Source of the DNA: an uncultured Spartobacteria bacterium
Lineage (GTDB): Bacteria > Verrucomicrobiota > Verrucomicrobiia > Chthoniobacterales > UBA6821
DNA: 24,000 bases
Assembly: GCA_903858595.1 (NCBI GenBank)
Contig: CAIOJL010000197.1
Coordinates: 1 to 24,000, forward strand
Direction of reading: 5' to 3'
Below the pieces are notes generated by a model. It saw nothing but the letters and a program-made list of their open reading frames with translations. It did no database searches and was not told the origin of the DNA. The first letter of the stretch is position 1. Each line of letters opens with the position of its first letter. A program made the translations under genes and the position numbers. Positions 1-8,108 of the stretch are shown here, in pieces.

Positions 1-93
1 AATGACCGAGATGAATGCCAAGGCTGCCAGGGCAGTCAAGGCTGCCCAGCAGACTTTCTTCTGAAAAGATGTGGGAAGTTCGGAGTTGGCCAT
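1..93 (-). CDS. Possible 5' end of a membrane or secreted protein gene running off the window start (tentative)
   Basis: ATG at 93..91 opens a frame that stays open to base 1. It reads MANSELPTSFQKKVCWAALTALAALAFISVI: a charged stretch followed by a hydrophobic helix. It lies 29 nt downstream of, and co-directional with, the 5-FCL gene. A plus-strand frame ending at TGA 62..64 (...NAKAARAVKAAQQTFF*) is equally open, so the strand is not resolved. Confidence 0.3.
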   Translation of the reverse strand, partial: MANSELPTSFQKKVCWAALTALAALAFISVI

Positions 94-122
94 GAGGTAT
101 TAGTTACTAGCAATTATCCTTT

Positions 123-704
123 TTATCCAAGTTTATCCAATGCGCTCCCAGTCATATGGATCTTTCCCGGAGTGACGACGAAGTCCATGGGGATATCATC
201 AGTGTCGCATGGCACCTCGCCCACGATCTGCCAATCCCAGGCAAGTCCCGCCTTGAGCCCCCGAAACTCCGGGTCACCGAGCAGACGGTCGTAGAATCCT
301 TTTCCTCGTCCGAGTCGTCCGCCCTTCACATCGAATGCCACCCCCGGTATCAAAGCCAAATCCACCTCGGAGAGCGCGGCTCGATCCCAGCTTTCGGGGT
401 CCGGTTCTTTGATGCCATAGGAGCCGCTAATCCAGCGGCTTCTCGGGCTCATCCGATAGATTTCCAGATGATCCCCCACAATCCTTGGAAAGAAAAAGGA
501 ATATTCCGCTGCGGCGCTGATGAGCTCCACCGGATCGGGCTCCCACTCGATAGGAGCAAAGAGAAGAACAGAGGTAGAGTTTTTCCAGGCATCCAGCTTG
601 AGAATATTTTTCACAAACGAAGCCTCGGCTCGCAAAAGCAAAGACCTCTCAGCGGAGATCATTTTCATCCGCTCACGTAGCCTTTGCTTTTCAGCAGTTC
701 TCAT
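123..704 (-). CDS. 5-formyltetrahydrofolate cyclo-ligase (MTHFS family)
   Basis: 193-aa ORF with the family-typical C-terminal core LIPGVAFDVKGGRLGRGKGFYDRLL and IPMDFVVT. ATG at 704..702. Confidence 0.85.
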   Translation of the reverse strand: MRTAEKQRLRERMKMISAERSLLLRAEASFVKNILKLDAWKNSTSVLLFAPIEWEPDPVELISAAAEYSFFFPRIVGDHLEIYRMSPRSRWISGSYGIKEPDPESWDRAALSEVDLALIPGVAFDVKGGRLGRGKGFYDRLLGDPEFRGLKAGLAWDWQIVGEVPCDTDDIPMDFVVTPGKIHMTGSALDKLG

Positions 705-735
705 CCACTCTTTCTATGACACAAACGAGGCGACC

Positions 736-1716
736 ATGGTCAAAAAACTTCTCAAGCAAGGAACCGAGAATATCAGGAAGCGGGTTGCTATGCAGACCAA
801 ACCAAAGCCGCCGTCCAAGTCGAAACCTGAACACCATGTCTCGATGAAGCTCGGGGAGGGATGGCATAAGCGCAACTTCCTCACCGAGGTCATCATTCCC
901 TCGCTCTTCTCGGCGCGAGAAGTTGTTTCCTCTCCGACAAAACTGCCAGAGCTTTCTCAACTCTCAGTAGGAGAGCTTGCCATCACGTGGATCGGTCATG
1001 CCTCCTTCCTGATCCAGACTCCCGAACATTCCATCCTGATCGATCCCAACTGGGCCAAGTGGTTGAAGGTTATCAAGAGGCTTAAGGAGCCGGGGCTTGA
1101 GATCCACGAACTTCCCGCAATCGATCTGGTTCTTGTAAGTCATGCCCACTTCGATCATCTCGACAAGAAATCCCTCCGGGCCGTGGCGGCTGATCAGCCC
1201 ATCATCGTGCCCGAGCATGTCGGTGACCTCGTCCATGGTCTTGGCTTCAATCGTGTGCAGGAGCTGAAGCGCTGGGAGAGCATGGAGCTAGGCTCGCTGA
1301 AGATCACTCTGACCCCAGCCCATCACTGGGGCGCCAGGATGCTGCATGACAAGCACCGTGGGTTCGGCGGATTCCTGATCGAGTATGCCGGACGCACAAT
1401 CTTTCACTGTGGTGACAGTGCTTGGTTTGCGGGATTCACGGAGATTGGAGAGCGCTCCAAGATCGACATAGCACTACTCCCGATCGGAGCCTACGACGCT
1501 CCGACCGGGCGGGATGTCCACATGAATCCCGAAGAGGCCCTACGAGCCTTCAGTGCCCTTGGTGCGGATATCATGATCCCGATGCACTATGGCACATTCC
1601 GGCTAGGATTCGAGCCGATGGAAGAGCCTCCCGATCGCCTGCTGGGTCATGCCAGGTCACTCGGAATCGTAGAAAAAATCAGAATTTTGAAGGAAGGCGA
1701 ACCCGCGGTCTTCTAG
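736..1716 (+). CDS. MBL-fold metallo-hydrolase (UlaG / NAPE-PLD-like)
   Basis: HxHxDH zinc motif (VSHAHFDHLD), plus ITWIGHASFLIQT and later His/Asp ligand positions (HCGDS, PMHYGTF). The ORF-track start at 520 overlaps the divergent 5-FCL gene, so I moved the start to the first non-overlapping ATG at 736 (MVKKLLKQG). Confidence 0.8.
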   Translation: MVKKLLKQGTENIRKRVAMQTKPKPPSKSKPEHHVSMKLGEGWHKRNFLTEVIIPSLFSAREVVSSPTKLPELSQLSVGELAITWIGHASFLIQTPEHSILIDPNWAKWLKVIKRLKEPGLEIHELPAIDLVLVSHAHFDHLDKKSLRAVAADQPIIVPEHVGDLVHGLGFNRVQELKRWESMELGSLKITLTPAHHWGARMLHDKHRGFGGFLIEYAGRTIFHCGDSAWFAGFTEIGERSKIDIALLPIGAYDAPTGRDVHMNPEEALRAFSALGADIMIPMHYGTFRLGFEPMEEPPDRLLGHARSLGIVEKIRILKEGEPAVF

Positions 1717-1724
1717 AACTCACA

Positions 1725-1837
1725 GTGATGAAGGGGATAGATGGACTACATCTTCCCTCAAAGTTATTCCCATAGTACTGGTTTAATGAATTCTTCAGAT
1801 TCGGCGTTTGAACGTCTTGTCGTATCCCCTTCATCAC
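1725..1837. repeat. 113-bp element bounded by perfect 15-bp inverted repeats (GTGATGAAGGGGATA / TATCCCCTTCATCAC)
   Basis: Arms at 1725..1739 and 1823..1837 are exact reverse complements. A second outer pairing, GAACTCA 1716..1722 with TGAGTTC 1849..1855, extends the helix. The element sits in the AT-richer convergent gap between the MBL hydrolase and cyclophilin genes. Confidence 0.6.
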
Positions 1838-1873
1838 CTTTATCCCTATGAGTTCCCTTGTATCTTAAAATTG

Positions 1874-1907
1874 AAAAGGCGCTGGCAATGAAACTAATGC
1901 CTTTTTT
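1874..1907. terminator. Weak candidate bidirectional terminator
   Basis: AAAAGGC (1874..1880) pairs with GCCTTTT (1899..1905) and is followed by a T-run on the plus strand, which reads as an A-run/T-run for the minus strand. The loop is long (18 nt) and the stem short, so this is tentative. Confidence 0.3.
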
Positions 1908-1953
1908 GTGAATTCCTAACAGTCTAAAAGACTTCAGTCTTATGCAGATTTTG

Positions 1954-2565
1954 CTACTTCCCGAGCGCTTTGTTCCAGGCAGCGATCTGCGCGGACTGCG
2001 CAGCGAAGAGAGACTCGGGGGAATCGACGATCTCGATGCCGGTGATCTTGTCGCCCTGTTTGATGGCGTTTACGACATCCTGGTCTTTTGGTCCATCGAC
2101 GGCGCCGAAGATGGCATGCTTGCCGTCAAGCCATGGGGTCGGGACATGGGTGATGAAGAACTGACTGCCGTTGGTGCCGGGTCCGGAATTGGCCATTGAG
2201 AAGAGACCGCCGCGGTCGTGCTTGAGACCGGGAGCGAACTCATCGGCGAATTTATAACCGGGACCACCCATACCGGTGCCAGTCGGATCGCCACCCTGGA
2301 TCATGAAATCAGGAATGACACGGTGGAAGGTGATGCCGTCATAGAAGCCGCGGCGGGCGAGATTCAGGTAATTGGCGACGCTGATCGGAGCCTTGCTCGC
2401 GTACATGGTCGCATGGATGTCGCCCTTGGAGGTGTGGAGGACAATGCGGATGTCCTTGACGGGTTCGGCGGGGTTTGCGGCTCCTGCGATACCAGAGGCC
2501 ATGAAGAGGGTGGAGGAGAGAGTTGTGGTCAATGTCGTGGATAAGGCGAAAAGTGTCTTTTTCAT
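1954..2565 (-). CDS. Peptidyl-prolyl cis-trans isomerase, cyclophilin type, with N-terminal signal peptide
   Basis: [15 protein letters not shown] and [20 protein letters not shown] cyclophilin signatures. Hydrophobic N-terminus [29 protein letters not shown]. Confidence 0.9.
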   Translation of the reverse strand: MKKTLFALSTTLTTTLSSTLFMASGIAGAANPAEPVKDIRIVLHTSKGDIHATMYASKAPISVANYLNLARRGFYDGITFHRVIPDFMIQGGDPTGTGMGGPGYKFADEFAPGLKHDRGGLFSMANSGPGTNGSQFFITHVPTPWLDGKHAIFGAVDGPKDQDVVNAIKQGDKITGIEIVDSPESLFAAQSAQIAAWNKALGK

Positions 2566-2682
2566 TGGACTTCTATTGGGTAGCAGAGAGGGGTGCCAAA
2601 GAAAGATAAAACACCCAAATCTTCAAAAGCTTCTAAAGTTTCGAGGAAAGCCACACGATCTAACTCTGTTCCCAAGGCTTCC

Positions 2683-3570
2683 ATGGTTCCCAAGGACACG
2701 ATCGCCGTGGGCTTGGTCCAGATGCGTTGCTTCAGTTCTGTCTCAGAGAATCTTAAGACCGCCATCCGTCTGATTCGGGATGCTGCCAAGAAAGGGGCTA
2801 AGGTGGTCTGCCTGCCGGAGCTTTTTCTGAGCGAGTACTTCTGCCAGAGCGAGGATCACGACTATTTCAAGCTGGCCGAAGTGATCCCGGGACCGACCAC
2901 GAAATCGTTAGGTAAAGTGGCAAAGGAGCTGGGAGTAGTGATCATCGCCTCTCTCTTCGAGCGCCGGGCGCCGGGTCTCTATCACAACACGACAGCCGTT
3001 ATCGAGGCTGACGGCAAGTATCTCGGCAAGTACCGGAAGATGCATATTCCCGATGATCCGCTTTTCTATGAGAAGTTTTACTTCACGCCGGGTGATCTAG
3101 GTTTTCGCAACTGGAAGACCAGCGCGGGTGATCTGGGTGTACTCATCTGCTGGGACCAATGGTATCCCGAGGCGGCGCGCCTTACGGCCCTGCAGGGTTC
3201 GGAGGTGATTTTCTATCCAACCGCGATCGGCTGGCATCCCTCGGAGAAGAAACAGTATGGGAAGAATCAGAAAGCCGCATGGCAGCTTGCCCAGCGTGCC
3301 CATGCCTTGGCCAACGGCTGCTATGTCTGCGGAGTCAACCGCATCGGACATGAAGCTCCCGCGGGAGGTGAGGGGCTGGAGTTCTGGGGAGGGACCTTTG
3401 TCGCCGCGCCTAACGGCCAGATCATCGCCGAGGCTCCGGCTGACAAGGAGAAGGTCCTTGTTGTCGATCTCGACCGCCAGTTCATGGATACTCAACGGAC
3501 GCACTGGCCTTTCCTGCGAGACCGCCGGATCGATGCCTATGGGGGGATCGAAAAGCGCTTTATCGATTAA
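2683..3570 (+). CDS. aguB: N-carbamoylputrescine amidase (carbon-nitrogen hydrolase family)
   Basis: Nitrilase-superfamily Glu-Lys-Cys triad context (CLPELF, YRKMHIP, VLICWDQWYPEAAR) and C-terminal HWPFLRDRRIDAY, typical of AguB/CPA. The ORF track begins at GTG 2593 with a Lys/Ser-rich extension. ATG 2683 (MVPKDTIAVGLVQM) gives the usual length of about 295 aa and leaves room for divergent promoters. Confidence 0.85.
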   Translation: MVPKDTIAVGLVQMRCFSSVSENLKTAIRLIRDAAKKGAKVVCLPELFLSEYFCQSEDHDYFKLAEVIPGPTTKSLGKVAKELGVVIIASLFERRAPGLYHNTTAVIEADGKYLGKYRKMHIPDDPLFYEKFYFTPGDLGFRNWKTSAGDLGVLICWDQWYPEAARLTALQGSEVIFYPTAIGWHPSEKKQYGKNQKAAWQLAQRAHALANGCYVCGVNRIGHEAPAGGEGLEFWGGTFVAAPNGQIIAEAPADKEKVLVVDLDRQFMDTQRTHWPFLRDRRIDAYGGIEKRFID

Positions 3571-3575
3571 TTCGA

Positions 3576-4364
3576 TTGAAGAAAACGATAGCCAATACCG
3601 ATCCGCTGCCTGATCAGGTGCGGGATTACCGCTTGCTGATGGAGCGGTGGCTTACGCTCGTGAACAGAATTCCGCCACTCGATCTCTCGGTGTATGGAGA
3701 GGCGGAGGGCTATCCCCTGATGGTTGTCCGTTCAGAACGTTACGACCCGAAGGTGCCCTCTGTCTATCTGTCTGCCGGCATTCATGGGGATGAACCAGCC
3801 GCAGTGGAGGGATTGATACGCTGGGCAGAGACCTCTCTCGGTAAACTTGCATCCTGGAACTGGATGATCTTTCCATGTCTCAACCCATGGGGGCTGGAGC
3901 GGAATATCCGCCTTGATGCCGAGAACCGCGATCTCAACCGGTTCTATGATTCAAAGAAAGTTCCTCAGATTGTAGCCCAGCTTTCCTTAATGAAAGGGCG
4001 CCGATTTGATGTGGCTGTCACTCTGCACGAGGACTACGACGCACGAGGTTTTTATCTTTACGAGGTGGCTGCTAAGCGTCCCCATTGGGGCGAATTGCTT
4101 TGCGCCGAACTCATCTCCTTGTTGGACGCTGATCCCCGTCGGCAGATCGACGGTCACTCCGCTCGTAACGGTCTGATCAGACGCAAAATCAAGCCAGATA
4201 TGATAAAGGGGCATCCCGAGGCTTTTCACCTGCATTTTCAGCATGCCGCGAGGACCTTCACCCTGGAAACGCCTTCTGAGGATCATCTCGGCCGGCGTGT
4301 TCGGCTTCAGGAGAGCTTCCTTGCCTCGACTGTCAAAAAATTGAAACTGGGGATGGTTTCCTGA
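3576..4364 (+). CDS. M14-like zinc metallopeptidase (carboxypeptidase / succinylglutamate desuccinylase-aspartoacylase superfamily)
   Basis: HxxE zinc motif in SAGIHGDEPAAVEG, a downstream NPWG...NRDLNR, and a third-ligand context VTLHEDY. The start is uncertain: TTG 3576 lies 5 nt after the aguB stop, and the alternative is ATG 3639. Confidence 0.7.
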   Translation: MKKTIANTDPLPDQVRDYRLLMERWLTLVNRIPPLDLSVYGEAEGYPLMVVRSERYDPKVPSVYLSAGIHGDEPAAVEGLIRWAETSLGKLASWNWMIFPCLNPWGLERNIRLDAENRDLNRFYDSKKVPQIVAQLSLMKGRRFDVAVTLHEDYDARGFYLYEVAAKRPHWGELLCAELISLLDADPRRQIDGHSARNGLIRRKIKPDMIKGHPEAFHLHFQHAARTFTLETPSEDHLGRRVRLQESFLASTVKKLKLGMVS

Positions 4365-4391
4365 GAAAAAACAGATAAGTTAACTTTTTTG

Positions 4392-5570
4392 ATGAAGCAC
4401 ATTAACTTTTTCCTGCTTTGCCTTCTAATTATGGCCTCCGTGGCGGTGACCTTGAGGGCCGACGTGATTACCCTCAAGAATGGAAGGGAAATCAAGGGTG
4501 AGATCCTGAGCGATAAACCCGATGCCGTTCTGATCGAGTATTATGTCACCCCGACGATCAAGGATCAGAAGTTCTATTCCCGCGACGAGATTGCTCACAT
4601 GGTTGCGATTCCCGCTGATGAGAAGGCCTTCCAGGCGATCGGGAATCTAGCAACACCCGACACGGTCCTGGACACAGTGTTCTATGACCAGCTCATCGAT
4701 AAAAAGATCCCTGAATTCTTGGGACGCTACCGCTATTCGAAGCATCTTGCGGAGCTCCGTGAGGATCTCCATTCCCTTAACGAGGAACGCTCTCGTGTCC
4801 GCCGCGGAGACCGCAGGATCAACGGAGTCTGGATCAGCGCTGCCCAGATCGCAGCGGATCCTTATCAATCGGGGGCGAAGATCAAGTTCACCGAGATGAA
4901 GGAATTGGCCGCGACGAACGATTGCGTGTCTTCTCTCCAATGTTTTGAACTGCTTGAGAAGGAATTACCGGGGTCGGAAGTCATGCCAGGTGCCATCGCG
5001 CTGGCCCAGATTCAGATCGATCGACTTCAGGACAAACTCGCCATTGCGAAGACTAACTTCGAAATCATCGATAAACGTCGCCAGAAAGCCATTTCTCTGG
5101 CCCCTGCGGATCAGGCTAGGGAGATCAATGATGCTCTGGAGAAAGAGAAGCTTGCGGCCACCAATTCCCTGGCGACTGCAACCGCCGACGGTTCTAAGTT
5201 CTTCCCTATCTTCCAGAACAGCAAAGAGTCCATGGACGCCCTCCAGACAGTGATCACTGCCGAAAAAACTCGCCTGACAGCCCTCCAGAAGATCCCGATG
5301 AGGGAAGGGATGGCCGCCTCAAGTGAATGCGCCAGACTTGTCTCCGAGGGAAAACTCAAGAGGGCGCAGGACCTGTTGACTCAATCTCAGACCCTTTGGC
5401 CAGCAAACATTGAGAACACCCGGCTCAAGCTCCGGTTGGATGATCTTGCCAAATCCCAGGCCGCTTCCACCTCTTCCGCCGCTGCGGCTGCAGTCGCAGC
5501 CCAAGCAGCATCGGTAGCTCCCCAAAAACCGACTCCGTCACCGACACCTATCACACCCGCTAAGCCATGA
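4392..5570 (+). CDS. Hypothetical secreted protein: signal peptide, small beta-rich N-domain, long helical/coiled-coil region, Ala/Pro-rich tail
   Basis: N-terminus MKHINFFLLCLLIMASVAVTLRA, then DVITLKNGREIKGEILSD. Heptad-like, Glu/Lys/Leu/Ala-rich middle. C-terminal SSAAAAAVAAQAASVAPQKPTPSPTPITPAKP. The stop overlaps the hisB start (ATGA at 5567..5570). I recognise no family. Confidence 0.6.
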   Translation: MKHINFFLLCLLIMASVAVTLRADVITLKNGREIKGEILSDKPDAVLIEYYVTPTIKDQKFYSRDEIAHMVAIPADEKAFQAIGNLATPDTVLDTVFYDQLIDKKIPEFLGRYRYSKHLAELREDLHSLNEERSRVRRGDRRINGVWISAAQIAADPYQSGAKIKFTEMKELAATNDCVSSLQCFELLEKELPGSEVMPGAIALAQIQIDRLQDKLAIAKTNFEIIDKRRQKAISLAPADQAREINDALEKEKLAATNSLATATADGSKFFPIFQNSKESMDALQTVITAEKTRLTALQKIPMREGMAASSECARLVSEGKLKRAQDLLTQSQTLWPANIENTRLKLRLDDLAKSQAASTSSAAAAAVAAQAASVAPQKPTPSPTPITPAKP

Positions 5571-6163
5571 CCGACACAGCCCGCTCCGCATCCCTCGATC
5601 GCAAGACCAGTGAGACCGAGATTACCCTCCGCATCTCACTCGATGGCGAAGGGAGATCCTCCATCCGCACCGGCATTCCGTTCTTCGAACACATGCTGAC
5701 CCTGTTTTCCCGTCATTCCCTCATTGATCTGGATGTCGAGGCGAAAGGAGACATCGAGGTTGATTATCACCACACCGTGGAGGATGTCGGATTGGCACTT
5801 GGAGCCGCTTTTATGAAGGCCCTCGGTGACAAGTCGGGAATCCGACGTTATGGCAGTGCTTATGTTCCGATGGATGAAGCCCTAGCCCGCGTTGTGGTGG
5901 ATTGCAGCGGACGACCTTACCTTGCCTACGAGGTGCCGCGCGGTGTTGAGGCGATTGGACTCTTTCCCTTCCAGCTCGTAGAGGAGTTCCTGCGTGCATT
6001 CAGCGTACAGGCCGGTCTGACGCTCCATGTTTCAATTTTGGCCGGACGTGATGCTCATCACATGGCGGAGGCGATCTTCAAGGCGCTGGGACGCGCTCTC
6101 GATGTCGCGGTTTCCCGTGATGACCGGGTGAAGGGAATCCCCAGCACCAAGGGCGTGCTGTGA
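5567..6163 (+). CDS. hisB: Imidazoleglycerol-phosphate dehydratase
   Basis: RKTSETEITLRISLDG, FFEHML, DYHHTVEDVGLALG and DAHHMAEAIFKALGRAL are canonical IGPD motifs. Confidence 0.95.
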   Translation: MTDTARSASLDRKTSETEITLRISLDGEGRSSIRTGIPFFEHMLTLFSRHSLIDLDVEAKGDIEVDYHHTVEDVGLALGAAFMKALGDKSGIRRYGSAYVPMDEALARVVVDCSGRPYLAYEVPRGVEAIGLFPFQLVEEFLRAFSVQAGLTLHVSILAGRDAHHMAEAIFKALGRALDVAVSRDDRVKGIPSTKGVL

Positions 6164-6786
6164 GTAAGCCTCCGCTTCTCGGTCTCGTGGACTACGGCAG
6201 TGGCAATCTCCGCAGCGTCCAGCGCGCTATCGAGCATACCGGTGGTGAATGCATCCACGTCCAGAGCGAGGCCGACACGACGAACTGTGCCGCCCTGGTG
6301 GTTCCCGGTGTCGGATCTTTCGGGGATTGTGCCCGCCAGCTTCGGGAGACGGGGCTCTGGGAAGTGATCAAGTCTTGGATCGGTACCGACAAGCCATATC
6401 TCGGCATCTGCCTGGGCTACCAGCTTCTCTTCGACTCGAGCGAGGAATCGCCAGGTGTGGAGGGCCTCGGCGCTCTTCGTGGGAAAGTTGTCCATTTTTC
6501 CAAGTCCTCGGGACTCAAGATTCCCCATATGGGATGGAATCAACTGCAGATCCACAAACCCTCGGATCGCCTGATGACGGGGCTGGGTGAGAATCCTGAT
6601 TTCTACTTCGTCCATTCCTACTACCCGGTTCCCGAGGATGATGAGGTCATCACGTCCACCTGTACCTATGGTGTGGAATTCGCAGTCAGTGTCACTAAGG
6701 GCAATCTTAGCGCTGTTCAGTTCCATCCAGAGAAGAGTCAGGAGCTTGGATTGGCCATGCTCAGGAATTTTATCTCCTCCCTCTAA
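6160..6786 (+). CDS. hisH: Imidazole glycerol phosphate synthase, glutamine amidotransferase subunit
   Basis: Class-I GATase triad context (GICLGYQLL, FVHSYY, VQFHPEKS). The GTG start overlaps the hisB stop (GTGA). Confidence 0.95.
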   Translation: MSKPPLLGLVDYGSGNLRSVQRAIEHTGGECIHVQSEADTTNCAALVVPGVGSFGDCARQLRETGLWEVIKSWIGTDKPYLGICLGYQLLFDSSEESPGVEGLGALRGKVVHFSKSSGLKIPHMGWNQLQIHKPSDRLMTGLGENPDFYFVHSYYPVPEDDEVITSTCTYGVEFAVSVTKGNLSAVQFHPEKSQELGLAMLRNFISSL

Positions 6787-6836
6787 GATACCTCTTCACT
6801 TTTCCACCTTTTACCTTTCACTTTCCACTTAACAAA

Positions 6837-7550
6837 ATGCTCCTTTATCCCGCCATTGATCTCATGGATGGTCAGGTTGTCCGTCTGGAACGCGGCCTTG
6901 CCAAAAAAAAAACTGTCTACAGTAATGACCCCGTTGCCATTGCTCTGAAGTGGGAGGCCGCCGGGGCCAACTGGATTCACTTGGTGGATCTCGATGCTGC
7001 CTTTGAGGGAAAGAGCCGAAATCTGGACGTCATTCGTGCGATTGCCCAGGCTATCTCCGTGCCTTGCGAACTCGGTGGAGGGATGCGTGATGCAGGATCG
7101 ATTGAGGCGGGCCTAGCCACCGGTGTTCGCAGGGTCATCATCGGAACCAAAGCGGCCGAACCTGGTTTCTTGGCAGAAGCCGCGGGTGCCTTTGCTCCTT
7201 CGCAGTTAGCGGTGGGTATTGATGCCAAGGAGGGAAAGGTGGCGGTGAAGGGATGGGTGGAGACGATGGAGATGACTGCCCTAGATCTTGCTCGTGAGGC
7301 TGTGAATGTCGGGATCCGAACGATTATTTATACCGACATCGCAACAGACGGAATGCTTCAGGGGCCCAATCTTGCAGCCATGCGCGAGATGGCACTCACT
7401 GTTCCCTGCGACCTGATCGCCAGTGGTGGAGTGTCGGGCCCAGAAGATCTCCGTCAGCTCGCCATAATTCCTGGGATCCATGGGGCGATCATTGGACGCG
7501 CGCTGTACGAGGGACGGATGCCTGAGGATCTACGAAGTATCCTGAAGTGA
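6837..7550 (+). CDS. hisA: ProFAR isomerase (1-(5-phosphoribosyl)-5-[(5-phosphoribosylamino)methylideneamino]imidazole-4-carboxamide isomerase)
   Basis: LYPAIDLMDGQVVRL, HLVDLDAA, IYTDIATDGMLQGPN and ASGGVSG are HisA/HisF-barrel signatures, HisA type. Confidence 0.93.
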   Translation: MLLYPAIDLMDGQVVRLERGLAKKKTVYSNDPVAIALKWEAAGANWIHLVDLDAAFEGKSRNLDVIRAIAQAISVPCELGGGMRDAGSIEAGLATGVRRVIIGTKAAEPGFLAEAAGAFAPSQLAVGIDAKEGKVAVKGWVETMEMTALDLAREAVNVGIRTIIYTDIATDGMLQGPNLAAMREMALTVPCDLIASGGVSGPEDLRQLAIIPGIHGAIIGRALYEGRMPEDLRSILK

Positions 7551-7574
7551 TCGAGATGGATCTCGGGAGCTTGC

Positions 7575-7602
7575 AGACTATAGCTCAAAATAGCTATAGT
7601 CT
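7575..7602. terminator. Perfect 11-bp hairpin in the hisA / b562-like convergent gap (candidate terminator)
   Basis: AGACTATAGCT (7575..7585), loop CAAAAT, AGCTATAGTCT (7592..7602), followed by TCATTT. The stem is AT-rich and the U-tract weak. A second small palindrome, CTGCTTAAGCAG, follows at 7615..7626. Confidence 0.4.
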
Positions 7603-7647
7603 TCATTTAATGAGTGCTGCTTAAGCAGTCTGATCGAAAAATCGGTA

Positions 7648-8064
7648 CTAGTCCTGCTTGAACTTGGTGTGCCCCTCTTTCTTGATCGGGCCGAGGGCCG
7701 ACAGAAGAGTTTTTGCCTGATCGTATTTCCCAGTGCTCACGGCCTCCTCGATCTGATTGAAGGCGGCGGAGAGTTTGTCGATCTGAGCCCTGTAGTCAGC
7801 CAGAAACCTTTCCCTATCAGCTTGTGGAACCGAGGCAGCCTTGCGTGGATCCAATCCCTTGGCGTCGGAAGCGGCCTGCTTGAGGGTCTCCATCAGCGTG
7901 ACAATTGACTGCTGCTTCGCTGGATCGGCGATCTGTCCGGAGAGCTGTTTTATGCTCCGGGCCATGATCTGCATCTGCTTTTCAAGCGGTGTGTCTTCGT
8001 CGGCGCGGAGTGAGAACATCAAGGGAATCAAGGAAAAGGAAAAGAGAAGGTTGCGGATTTTCAT
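7648..8064 (-). CDS. Cytochrome b562-family four-helix-bundle protein, secreted
   Basis: Signal peptide MKIRNLLFSFSLIPLMFSLRA. The mature sequence is about 115 aa, all-helical, and shares layout with E. coli cytochrome b562 as I recall it, including the C-terminal His context (KKEGHTKFKQD versus NAYHQKYR). The N-terminal Met ligand position is ambiguous. Confidence 0.55.
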   Translation of the reverse strand: MKIRNLLFSFSLIPLMFSLRADEDTPLEKQMQIMARSIKQLSGQIADPAKQQSIVTLMETLKQAASDAKGLDPRKAASVPQADRERFLADYRAQIDKLSAAFNQIEEAVSTGKYDQAKTLLSALGPIKKEGHTKFKQD

Positions 8065-8108
8065 AAGATGATTATGTGCTGGGGAAGAGTGAAAGGATTC
8101 GGAAGAAA

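Noticed and set aside
520-735. N-terminal extensions in the ORF track: 520..735 for the MBL hydrolase, 11719..11826 for the 165-aa protein, 19044..19124 for the histidine kinase, 2593..2682 for aguB.
   Set aside because: Each extension overlaps a neighbouring well-supported gene or is a low-complexity stretch before a conventional ATG. The conserved domains begin after the downstream start.
705-735. Possibility of a 6S RNA gene next to the 5-formyl-THF cyclo-ligase gene, as in the gammaproteobacterial ssrS-ygfA arrangement.
   Set aside because: Only 31 bp lie upstream of the cyclo-ligase start before the divergent hydrolase gene, and the downstream gap is 29-58 bp. There is no room for a ~180-nt RNA.
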